Of a DNA stretch of 64,000 bases, positions 1 through 10,600 are shown piece by piece. The notes under the pieces were generated by a model. The model saw only the letters and a program-made list of their open reading frames with translations, had not been told where the DNA came from and made no database searches. Source of the stretch: Botryllus schlosseri (Eukaryota); the NCBI GenBank assembly GCA_051294905.1, contig CM119378.1, forward strand, positions 8,742,001-8,806,000, given 5' to 3'. The translations under genes and the position numbers were made by a program. Every line of letters starts with the position of its first letter. Within the stretch, counting starts at the first letter, position 1.

Positions 1-482
1 AATTTAAATAGGTGCGCTTGTAATCCGCAATGTCCGGATTGTTGTCGGAACAAAATCGCTTGGTGCCTTTTTTCGGTAGCCAACTCACGTCTGTTCTGTG
101 ATAAACTGTTGGAAAACATTCCCTATATTGTTGTGACGTTTCCGATTGTAAATGGCGTTTATTCCATAGTTCGACGCACGCCTCCGACACGAAGCAGCGA
201 TGTCAAGTACGGAAGGTTTGAATTCATTCGTTTGCAAACTGGCTTGACTCGCTCGTTGTCTGACCAAATCATCTGCCTTTTCATTCCCGGGAATTTAATA
301 ATGACCAGGTATCCAAACAATAGCGAACTGGTCTCCTGCCTCCGATATCTGATGTATCGTTTATAAAATTGGTGCGACTGCGATGAGGTGTGGTGATGCG
401 ATCGCCCATACATATTGTCAATCGCTTGAATTGGGCTCAAACAGTTCACGAGTATTAGTATATTGGAATTGCTGTTTTCCAC
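1..482 (-). mobile_element. Decayed non-LTR retrotransposon fragment (RNase H domain and downstream GH motif; I/Nimb/Ingi/R1-type)
   Basis: Minus-strand translation across frames gives NILILVNCLSPIQAI (like the IFSDSLSALQAI motif), FAIVWIPGHY*IPGNEKADDLVR (the WIPGHxGIPGNExAD RNase H motif, with an in-frame stop) and QAILFRQQSGHCGLQAHLFK (like the RLRTGH motif). The frameshifts and stop indicate a dead copy. Confidence 0.85.
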
Positions 483-495
483 AGCCCAGTGTATA

Positions 496-1802
496 TAGGG
501 CTATGTAGCACCGTAACTGCCGCACCCCAAACCCCCCAATTGGGGGGGGCGAGCTCGAAGGGGGCCCAAAATTATTCCGTGAATTAGCATAAATCATAGA
601 GTATTTTTTGAAAATTTATGCAATTTTTTCAAAAATTTTTCGCGCTGTGCGCGAATTCAAGTAGCCATTTATCTATGTTATTGGGTATTGGGCCATTACC
701 GCGCCACGACCCACAAGACATACAATCAAGTTTTTGGCCATATTACATGCAACTCCAAGAAGTGTGTCAGAACGATCGGCAGCGAGAAAAGCTTGGCCGA
801 AAAGGTCTATGCCCTTATGTAGACCGAAGACTTCGTTATATGGGCTATACAAAATACATATAGGCTTAATTGCCCATAGGCGCCTAAATGACTGGCGCCG
901 AATGTTCCTGTCTTTGCAATCTGAATCTCATAAGACAAATACCATCCCGCTGGGAAAAAATTTATGTCAGTGAAGAAATACCAATTTGAAATCGTGTGCG
1001 TCTCTTAGTTTAGAAGCCTACGTTTGGGCGATTCTATATTTTTTGATGTAGCAGACTGGAGGTCACGAAATAACATCATGTAACGAAGTCGTAACAACGG
1101 GTCCGCCCGTCCGAATATGTTTAATTATTATTTACGGGCCCTACAGTTTCCAAGACACCTCACTCAGCTCTACCGGCAAATCTATTTACGTGAGCAGAGA
1201 GGACAATAAATTGATAGCATAGCGATATATGCAATCGCCGATCTGATTGACCGATTTTATCATAAATTATCGAAAATTTTCGCGCTTCGCGCTGGCTCAC
1301 GATACAGTACGGATAATTTCGTGACAAACGCGAACAACGTGATGGGGAGGGTCGTTTTATCACCCCATGGGAGCCCAAGACCCACGTTTTTGGGGGCCTG
1401 ACGAGGTGCTGTTTCGTTCCTGCCAACGGGTATACGCCCGAATATGTTTAATTATTATTGAGTGGTCCTACCTTTTCAAACACACCTCACTCAGTTCTAC
1501 CGGCAAATCTGATTACGTGCGCAGAGAGAAGATAAAAATTGATAACAATATATGCAATTCCTGATCATACTGACCGATGAAATCATGAATTCTGGACATT
1601 TTTCGCGCTTCGCGCGCTTAGGCGACAAAAGCTGATTGACTAACCAAACTCCCATTGAATATGATGAATAGCGGTAAACAGTGTATCGCCGGAGGGAGGT
1701 CTGAGGGGCGAAGCCCCCCAGAAGTTCGGTCTATAACCCTATGGGGGGTCCAAGACCAAAGTTTTTTTGGGGGGGGGCTGACGAAGTGCTGTTACGGCCC
1801 TG
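496..1802. mobile_element. Probable non-autonomous DNA element with an internal ~330 bp direct duplication
   Basis: Two diverged copies of a unit (gaatatgtttaattattatt...cacctcactcag(c/t)tctaccggcaaatct...ttttcgcgcttcgcgc) lie at ~1090-1300 and ~1425-1620. G/C-run termini are present and the right end reads gttacggccctg. It begins where the LINE fragment is truncated. No TSD was identified. Confidence 0.45.
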
Positions 1803-2769
1803 GGGCTTTGCTTTTTCCCACCAATTCTGCAGTGAAGGAACTCGATTATTTTATGATGGTGGTTGCGCCGTTGATAGTTTGGGATACATAAAACGCTGTC
1901 GCAGTTATTGACGTCATTTACCGCGGTAATCTACCATTGGCAACAAATAAATAATATATGAGAACACATTTTTCTGACTGGAGATGCCCTCATATGATGG
2001 CTGAAAGTAGTAATAATGTTGCAATTGCAACGATCCTTTTAGCACCAGTGGGCTGATCAAGCAACAGTTTCGAAAATGATCGTGTAAATTATGAAATTGG
2101 TTTACTATTCAACTGAGCATTGAGACTTCAAAAAGGTGTAAATCGGGTAGCCCAGCATGCCGCTGTATCTCTGGATTGTAGATGCAGAAAATTCAAGCGG
2201 GAATACGAAACAATGCGGGGTTTCCAGCAGAGCTACGAGGTCAGAGTTCTTGATGGAGTCGGAGTTGGAGTCACAAATATTTTGTAACAGATTATAGCGT
2301 CGCAGTTGGGGAAATACTTACTGACTGGTATCGGGGTATGTTAAAATGTTCTGACTACGACTGCAAATACTTTAAAATCGAATAACATGTTCGCAAATCT
2401 TACTAAAGAGTGCCGTTGCAGGTATAGGCCTACGGAACTTGTTTTTCACAAGCTCAACTTCTTTCAGCAAGCACAATATTTTTAATTAAAAAAATAAGTT
2501 GATTCAAACAATCAATCGTCAGATTATATATTCATTTGCCAAAGACACACACACAATGTAGCCTGCAATGCGATATACAAGACACAAAATGCGAAATGCA
2601 ATGCAATGAATAGATAGGGGGATGCCTAACCACCAATCAATCAATCAGGTTTATTAATATTTTCATCGTTTCAAAACATCACAAGACTGCGATACAATGC
2701 AAAGATAGGAATGTGTCGAAACAACTTGGAGTAGCCTGTAAGATCAGACACCCACCTTAGCCTAGGCGA

Positions 2770-2935
2770 AATAAATAATTAAGAGGCACACACACTGAAT
2801 GAAAAGTAATGCAGAGAATATAAGACGCAAGCGACAAAATGAGGTGGCATGTGGCGGAAGGCGAGGTCACGACGAACCATGTTGGGGAAATAATAATACC
2901 TGCAGATGTAATGATGAATTTGAGAGTTTCTATCA
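2770..2935. repeat. Interspersed repeat fragment (possible LINE 3' remnant), related to ~20930-21120
   Basis: Shares a aaaatga...gtggc(gg/ag)(aa)ggcgaggt core with the 20.9-21.1 kb segment. Similarity was judged by eye; the LINE origin is inference. Confidence 0.35.
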
Positions 2936-2944
2936 GTGTTGAGC

Positions 2945-3502
2945 AGGGTTGTAACCAAGTTACAAGGTTCCGAGCCACTAAGTCAATCTGACTTTTATAG
3001 TTTTGACTCGAGTCAAGTCAAGTACGTAATTTTCGATTCATCAGCGAGTTAAGTCCGAGTCGAAGTCTGTGAGTAGACGGTCGAGCCGAGTCCGATTCCA
3101 AGTCATTGTGTTCACTCCGTTCAGTTTTGAGTTCAATCCAGTTCAACCAGCCTTTCCACTCTGCTCGAGTGATGTAAAACGGTTCGCATTCTTAATATCG
3201 TAATTTTCATCAATCCTAACAGTTTCTGGCCTATTTTCCAAGTATCAGGACTGGTAGACGAAATACCTATAATGTGGTGACTTTACACTATTCTTCAAAG
3301 TTACAATGAAATGTCTGTCCTTGCCGTCCTAGTCTCGAGTCATATGACTTGGTTCAAGTCATGCACAATGACTCGAGTAGCGTACAAGTCGAGTCTATAC
3401 ACTAATCGACTCGAGTCGAGTCATTTTACGAATTTGAAAAAATGACTCGAACGAGTTAAGTCGAGTCACCAAAAAATCGTGACTCGAGTCGAGTCACCCT
3501 GA
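2945..3502. mobile_element. Non-autonomous DNA transposon with subterminal GACTCGAGTC/GAGTCAAGTC repeat arrays
   Basis: Dense arrays of the palindrome gactcgagtc and of caagt repeats at both ends. Termini are cagggt...accctg-like. Confidence 0.55.
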
Positions 3503-3714
3503 GCAGCTATTGATTTCTGAGAATCTGAATCCGCTCTTCAAATCCGGAATAGGATCTCTTTCAAAAAATCCATGCGAATCCGAAAAATCCCAGAAAAATA
3601 TCGCCCGGAAATTACGGATTGAGAAACTAAGATACAATTAGGGCATAGGCCATGGGTTCTCAACCTTGGGGGCGCGAGAAATTGACAAAGTCTGTATAAA
3701 TTGTGACTAAACAT

Positions 3715-4940
3715 CAGTGCTGGGATCAAGTCACTACCTTCGAGTCACGAGTCATTTCGAGTCATTGCGCATTTTGACTCGAGTCAAGTCAAGTCAATCG
3801 ATTTTCAAAGGTGACTCGAGTCAAGTCAAGTCACTCGATTTTTGGAGGTGACTCGAGTCAAGTCAAGTCACTCGATTTTCGGAGGTGACTCGAGTCAAGT
3901 CGAGTCAAGTCAAGTCAAGTCACGAGTCAAGTCACAATTCCAGTCAAGTTGCCTTTTCCAAGTATGAAGCATGATAACGTCATTGCATTTTGCTAGCTTT
4001 CTAAAATACAGGTTGATTGGTCATTGATTTCGAACCGATGAACGAATATAGAGTTAAATATACACGCAAGAAGGCGCTCTATCGCTCACATATAGGCTAC
4101 GTAGAACTGCTAAACTACGCAAGTAATTGCATAGCCTCAGTTCATAGTTACCATCCAAAATAGAGAATTGAGAAACGATTTGATAGGATATGCAATACAT
4201 TACCCATTTACAAATTGATACGACACAATTCGAGCCTGCGCCAATTGGTGAGGACCAATGTTCCCTCTAAGCCGCGCACGTGCGCAAATGCGCAGTGCTG
4301 ACACTGTCTCTGCGCACAGAAAATCTAAGTTGCGCACAAAAAATCCGAAGTGGTGACCTTTTCTTTAGTCGTTACGCATTGTTGTCCAAGGGTCTGCGCA
4401 GTGAGTTGGTGACTGTGCGCAGATTGGTCAAAAATTAGAGGGAACATTGGTGAGGACTATATGTAAACTATATTCGAATTCAATTTCAATAAAACAAGGG
4501 GTTTGCTGGTTAAGGTAAGAACAGAGAAGAGAAATATACACTTTGCTATTATATTACTTTATAATACTAGTTTACGACAAAGTTAAGTTGTAAGCTTCGA
4601 CTTTGTTCGCGGTCAATATATTTTGTTAGAGTGAGAGAACATTGGAGGCTCAGTAAAACGCACGATCATTGAATGATTGGTCGCTCTCGCGGGTTACACC
4701 AGCGTTTCGTGAACAAACCGAACAGACGCAAGATACAGTGATTTTTATCGACACCGATTACTTGATGACATGAAATTGACTCGTTAATTTTGCTCCGAGT
4801 CACGAGTCAATCCACATTTTTGCTACGCCGAGTCAAGTCAAGTCATTTTAGCAAAGTGACTCGAGTCAAGTCAAGTCATACCAAAAAGGTGACTCGAGTG
4901 TGACTCGAGTCAAGTCATGACTCGAGTCATCCCAACACTG
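3715..4940. mobile_element. Non-autonomous DNA transposon (hAT-like), TIR CAGTG(C/T)TGGGAT, GACTCGAGTC subterminal arrays
   Basis: Left end cagtgctgggat (3715) and right end atcccaacactg (4940) are inverted repeats. The internal sequence matches a second copy at 45703-46430. It carries a nested MITE. Confidence 0.8.
4256..4449. mobile_element. hAT-type MITE, 194 bp, nested in the 3715-4940 element
   Basis: Perfect 15-bp TIRs CAATGTTCCCTCTAA / TTAGAGGGAACATTG, flanked by a perfect 8-bp TSD GTGAGGAC (4248-4255 and 4450-4457). An 8-bp TSD is typical of hAT. Confidence 0.95.
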
Positions 4941-5015
4941 GTAAGAACTGCGTCATTTTCGTCTGCTATTCATGGTTTGTCTGATTGACACAGACTTCAG
5001 CGTATATAGAGCTCA

Positions 5016-5450
5016 CTTAGACGCTGTGCGGGGTTGAAGATTCGACGTGGCTACGAACGCGTGTTGGCGCTGTCGGGTCTTCGAATGATCGCAGAATTGG
5101 GATATCGTAGGTCGGTTAATCGAATGTTCTCGGTATATCGTTGTCGTTTCGTCAGTGGAATAGCGGCGAACAGTTGTTGTCGACTGTTGCAGTGCGACGG
5201 CACAAGGTGTCAGAATCGTCTCGAAGTGTTTTGCCAGATTGTTGTTTTTGAGTTGGTCGAACTCGTTTCGGTGACTTCGCACACATGCGATGTAATGAAC
5301 GGGAGGATCCCGAGACGACCAGTATAACGGTCTCCTGACTCCGACAGTCTTTTTTTTTAGGCGCTGTGTCTTGTTTTTTTCCATTCGCTCTTTGAGTAGC
5401 CAACCTGCTTCCTCAGCTCTTTTTCTGGGCTTTTTTTGTAGCCATATGAG
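5016..5450 (-). other. Candidate first coding exon of an unidentified divergently transcribed gene
   Basis: Lies in the 179-codon minus ORF 5013-5552 (…MEKNKTQRLKKK…RDPPVHYIACVRSHRNEFDQL…). It is CpG-rich and ends at a donor-like TCTAA|GTGAGC near 5016. No homologue was recognised and no downstream exon is visible in the window. Confidence 0.25.
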
Positions 5451-5975
5451 CGAAACAAGAAGAATCAGACTAGAAAAAGCACCTTCACCGGTTCGTCTAC
5501 CGGCGAAGAAGAGGAACCGTTGAGATTCCCAGACCCGGACCGTGTCGCACAACCAGAACAGAATTTATATTATTGAATATTGAATATGTTCATTGTTCAT
5601 TTTATCTCTGCGTCCCGTGTCGCTACCTCTCTCATTCTCTTTAGTATCTCTCCCTCGCATCGGTCTCTGAGCTCTGACTGAATCTATACGTTGATATTAA
5701 AAAAAAGATTAGCACTAAAGAAATATGATCATTGCTACGCAGTAAATTGCTATGATATGACAGTCTTATCATATTATATATATTGATTAAAAATCCGGCC
5801 AGACCCGAGCATGATCGCCTGCGATTGAGGCGTAGCATCAAAGGAGGAAGAGTTTCGCATGAATGCACTTGTAAACATGTCAATCAGATCGGAGCTACTC
5901 GACGGTCGACACTCCGGGATACTCCCATCACAAGGGTTATTTTTTGCGAATTTGTCGGTTTCCGTCGTATATAGC
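5450..5975. promoter_or_regulatory. Putative promoter region upstream of RNASEH2B (possibly bidirectional)
   Basis: CpG-containing non-repeat segment directly upstream of the RNASEH2B ATG, with an acceptor-like ttccgtcgtatatAG at 5973-5974. The promoter role is inferred from position. Confidence 0.4.
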
Positions 5976-5980
5976 CAACA

Positions 5981-6820
5981 ATGTCGCACACTCCGGAAGA
6001 ATGCGAGAAAAGGATAATGATCATACCGAAGGACGCTTTTGACGAAGAAAGAAAGCAACTATCTCTAGAAGTCATAACTTTACAGCACCCATTTTCGGGC
6101 GAAGGTTGTAAGTTTTTGTTGTCCGAAAGCAGAGATAAAATTTACGATATTACCGCCCAAAAAGAGAAATACTCGTCGTGGTTTGTTCAGGATACAGTCA
6201 AAGAAGATGGTTCAATTTTCATATGCACGAAATACGATCCACTTTATCTGGTTTTGCCCTACTTGAAAAATGCTAGTGAAGGCAGCAAGTTCGTGCTCAT
6301 TGATCAAATAATGAAAGACGATAATTATCCAGACTGCTCCAAACTGATAAAGTTATGTTCAAAGGAGGATCTATTGAAAATCGCTGACACTACAGGCTCT
6401 GGTGGTTATGTGGCATTCAAGTATAACAAAGATAAAGCACTTTCGTGGCTGGATTTCAAAATAAATAAAATACAAGAATCGTTGAAGAAGTCGGGATTAT
6501 TTATTGCAGCATCTGACGAAGATGACAAAGAAAATGTTAATATTCATTTGGAATATGCTTTCGGGATTCTTTCAAGTTATCTTCCTAAAGACATTGCCAC
6601 TCTCCTACAATCTCATCTGAAAATAGAGAAAATAACGGATAAACGTCGCTGTCAAGATCCGTTGAACCATCCGCAACCAAAGAAAACAAAAACCGAAAGA
6701 GGAGCTACAGATAAATCGAAGAAACAGCCCAAAATGTCAAAAGCACAAAGAGAATTGAGTAAAGTGGATAAGAAAGGGATGAAAAGTATATCCAGCTTCT
6801 TTTCCCCCAAAGCTAAATAG
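5981..6820 (+). CDS. RNASEH2B: Ribonuclease H2 subunit B, single-exon CDS, 279 aa
   Basis: Family motifs LQHPFSG..FLL, SWFVQDTVKEDG…DPLYLVLPYL and YNKDKALSWL, plus a C-terminal PIP box KGMKSISSFF. AATAAA at 6990-6995. Confidence 0.93.
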   Translation: MSHTPEECEKRIMIIPKDAFDEERKQLSLEVITLQHPFSGEGCKFLLSESRDKIYDITAQKEKYSSWFVQDTVKEDGSIFICTKYDPLYLVLPYLKNASEGSKFVLIDQIMKDDNYPDCSKLIKLCSKEDLLKIADTTGSGGYVAFKYNKDKALSWLDFKINKIQESLKKSGLFIAASDEDDKENVNIHLEYAFGILSSYLPKDIATLLQSHLKIEKITDKRRCQDPLNHPQPKKTKTERGATDKSKKQPKMSKAQRELSKVDKKGMKSISSFFSPKAK

Positions 6821-7656
6821 CTTTGCCGCTTGTGATCTGCTTTAGTAGAAAGAGATCCATTTTAGTGAATCGGCTAAAGTATTAGGCAGTACCATGCCAA
6901 TATCTAAACCGTAAAACACTGGTATACAGCCTTCAAGGTCTCTGACACCAGCTCAAGCTTTCTTATAATTTGTGGGTTTTCGAAGGATTAATAAAATTGT
7001 TGAAAATGGTCAAGGGTCTGCAAGTTTGAAGCTGATAATTCATCACTTGTTCCCGCAACTCACTTATAAATGGAAGTGACCTAGGTAGCAAGTCATGTTG
7101 TTGAAACTTGTTGAAGAAAACTCAAAGCTCAATATTCTTGTAACTGTTTGAACATTATTGTGTGTTTTCACATAGATTCAACCATGTCCAACTCTCACAC
7201 TTTGCACAATCTTCACACCACAGCCGTGACCGTCACCAATTTGAGCTAACCACCCACTGCCCAGTGTTAAATATCATGTGAGCTGAGTTTTTCTAGAAAT
7301 GCTCAAGTCATCAAGTCCAGTATAATTTATTATTCCTAATTAAACCATAAATTTTCACTCGGTGAAAACTACGAAGGGAAAACTCCTATGCTAGTGTATT
7401 ATGCATGACTGGAAGAATTGTAAAAAGTGATTTACTTGAATTGAAATTAGATTGCCTCTTAAATAGGCCTATTCCATTTGCATCAGGTCGAATCGTACCA
7501 ACTGCCACTTTAATTTATGCCATTACATTTTAGCTGCTATTTGAGATTTGCTCATTCTGTTTGCTGTTCCGTCTGAAATTATGGTATCTGCCTTGCTGCT
7601 AATGGGTTTTGTTATGTTTTGCAGAAATTAAATTTTGTTTCCATAGTAAAATCAAA

Positions 7657-10600
7657 ATGTGGCGTTCAACTGTTGGGAATAATGTTGACATTACCAAGCC
7701 TAAAGTGGGTGGCGATGATGACGACGATTGGGAAACGGATCCAGATTTTGTGGTAGGTTTCGCAGATGTAAATCGTGCTTGGGGGATTATTTCTATAGTA
7801 AGTTGGACGGAGCGTACCCCAACAAAATCCAAATGTCTGAAATTTTATGCAAGGAATCAAATGCATTGCTCAATATAATGATCCTATCTGAGCAATGAGA
7901 GGGGGAGTTGGTGTAGTGGTAAATCCACTGGCATTGACCCTGGACGCCCCGGTTCGATTCTAAGCAGTAGCAAGCTCATATTGTTGTAGGGTTATCTGGG
8001 CTCCTGCCCCACGTCACTGGTTTTACAGCGTCTGCACAAAAAGCCTTGATAAAAGACCTAGTGACGAATAAATAGAAGGAAAACAAATAAAACAGAGCCA
8101 GAAAAATGTGTCAGCCATAGAGTTCAACGTCAAATACTGCTACATCAGGCATTCGGCCGAAGAGGATGTTAGATTTAGAGACAGTACTGGGTCGTTTCAA
8201 TATCTTTCTATCTGTGCATTACATCCCATTGTGTGTGGTGTATTACATTGTACATTCCATGTCTTGAGCGTACAAAAATAAACGGCCAATTATACCGATA
8301 ATAATGATGACGACATATGTATAAAATTTATTTCTTCCTATTCCTACTCCAATACTCCATACTCCAATTTCTTCCCACTCATACTTCCTGCTTTCTTAGA
8401 CTGGTGCTATTTTAAAAGTCTGTCTTTTGTATTGCGTAAAACTGAACTTAATCGCGTTTTGTTGCATTCAGAATGAGGTCTCGGAAAACGAGCAAAGGTG
8501 GGGCTCCAAAACCATAGAAGGATCCGGACGCGTTGCTCACATCAGGTACAAACCGAATTGCCATCATCCGAATCCTGCATTTTCATTAATTTATTTTACT
8601 AATTATCAGCGTCGACAGCCTCCGAGAAGGCGTTAAAACCGACGACAAGACCGTGAAAGAGAAAGAAGCATCGGCAGGGCCGAAAGCTGCCTACGGGTAA
8701 TATGAGATGTCTTGACAGAAGGTTGACATTTCATAATGGAACTTCGGTTCCACTCGCGTTTGGCCGAAATATGCGTAGAAACAGCCTTGTCGGTTTTAAG
8801 TTGAAAATCTATTACTTGTTTCATGATCGTGCGAAAAGGCAGACAACGTATTAGAAATACTGTGCCGTACTGTTCTGTAGTAAATGAATTGCAGCTGCAA
8901 TACACTGCAGACATTGTTGCTGATCGTTTAAACACACAGGTTAGTTGTGTTTACGGTATTTGGATACAGAACGATTCAACATATACTGCATACTGTAATA
9001 TTGTGTGACATACACATATAGCTTCAAAATAGTACAGTGATGCTTCAAATACAGTAACATACTGTTCCACATGATAGACGCAATTGTGCTGACGTAGAAG
9101 CAACTATGAAGTTGAGTTCACTGGTGGTTGTTACTGCATCGATCGTCATTATTTCACCATAACAGCTCGTCTTGTGTGAAAAAGAAACAAACTACTGTTT
9201 ATTGTGTCATAACTAGGGCAAGTTTTTGTTGCAGTTACATCTGTGGAAAGTTGCATTTATTTTTGAAAAAAGTTAAAAAGTTGCAGAAGTTGCATTTTGA
9301 CCACATTTTGCTCGGTTGACTAATAAAAAAGGGTCAATTTTCCGGCTCAGCTCCCGAAATATGTTACGAAATACGAAAAGCGTTACTTCGGTGCTGATTT
9401 ACGGTGTTTCAGTCGAATTTGGCCGTGTATTTCCCCAAAATCGAAAATACTTTGCAAAATGTTGCAAAAATTTGCATGAAAAAAATGGACAAAAGTTGCA
9501 AAAAGTTGCACTATAGGATTCCTTCAAACAGCTTGAAACAGCATTCTACATATCTTACGAGTATTTAGGAAGCTGCCGGAAGCTGTAAAAAAAAAGTTGC
9601 AAAAGCTGCAAAAACTTGCCCTAGTCATAACCTAACGATAAGAATTGCGAACCTGTGTCCGAATTACGTGGAGCATTCTCCGGGAGTTTTTTTATATGTA
9701 GTTTTTCTTATTATTCCATTCCTGAATCTTTTGGAATTGAGTGAAGCGTTGTCTGAATTTAGCAGGAGTTTTTCACGTGCAACTTTTGTTCTGTCCCTCT
9801 GCATTTTGACCGAATAAAGCGGTTATCTGGTGTCCGAATTACCCGTATTTTGAGTGTGTATCGTTGCCTGTTACGATTTGCGAAGCATTACTGACGCAGA
9901 CCTCGCATTTTACAGATACGGAGGTAAATACGGAGTACAGAAAGATAGGATGGACAAGTCCGCCGTCGACCATTCCTATCAAGCGAAATTGGCCGCCCAT
10001 TCTTCGCAAAGTGACGCGGCCAAGGGTTTCGGAGGGAAGTACGGCGTGCAGAAGGACCGACAGGATAAGGTGCGTTGGCGGACGCCTAGAATGGCACAAG
10101 TACCGACGAGCTGTATCGTAATTATCGTATTTTAACAGTCCGCCGTTGGATTTGAATATCGCGCGAAACTTTCTGCCCACGAGTCGCAAACTGACGCGGC
10201 GAAAGGCTTTGGCGGCAAGTACGGCGTGCAGAAAGACAGAATGGACAAGGTTCGTAGACAAGTCCTGCTAGTAATACACAGAAATCGTCAGTAACAATGT
10301 AGCCTACTTCTATTTCTCCACGAGCACTCAAGTAGGTTTTGCCTACTTTCAGTGCTGCTCAATCAAGGTGTTATGTTTGGCGCTCACCATTACCGGGGTA
10401 TTATGAAGGGGTGGTGCAAGACTTGGAAATTCGTATAAGGTTATATTTGTACCTCCCATGTTTGGCAGCATATGCACATCATGCACTCATGGCATGTATA
10501 TGCACAGATCGTGTTTGTGTGTAACATTAGTCAGTGTATATGCAGCAAAACATCAAGTACAAAAATATCCAATATCCTATATGGTATTCATTCACTGATC

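Noticed and set aside
3000-3930. Short regularly repeated gactcgagtc/caagt units resembling a CRISPR array
   Set aside because: There are no unique spacers of constant length and no cas genes, the context is eukaryotic, and the repeats are subterminal arrays between transposon TIRs.
5783-5974. 63-aa ORF directly upstream of RNASEH2B
   Set aside because: It has a non-ATG start, is short and shows no homology; it is more simply explained as promoter, 5'UTR or outron sequence.
1-6820. Functional link between the LINE RNase H relic and RNASEH2B
   Set aside because: They belong to unrelated protein families (an RNase HI-like catalytic domain versus a non-catalytic H2 subunit) and the relic is broken; the proximity is coincidental.
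7899-7975. Possible tRNA gene (A and B boxes)
   Set aside because: I could not form a convincing acceptor stem or cloverleaf, and the sequence continues into a repeat body, so a SINE head fits better.
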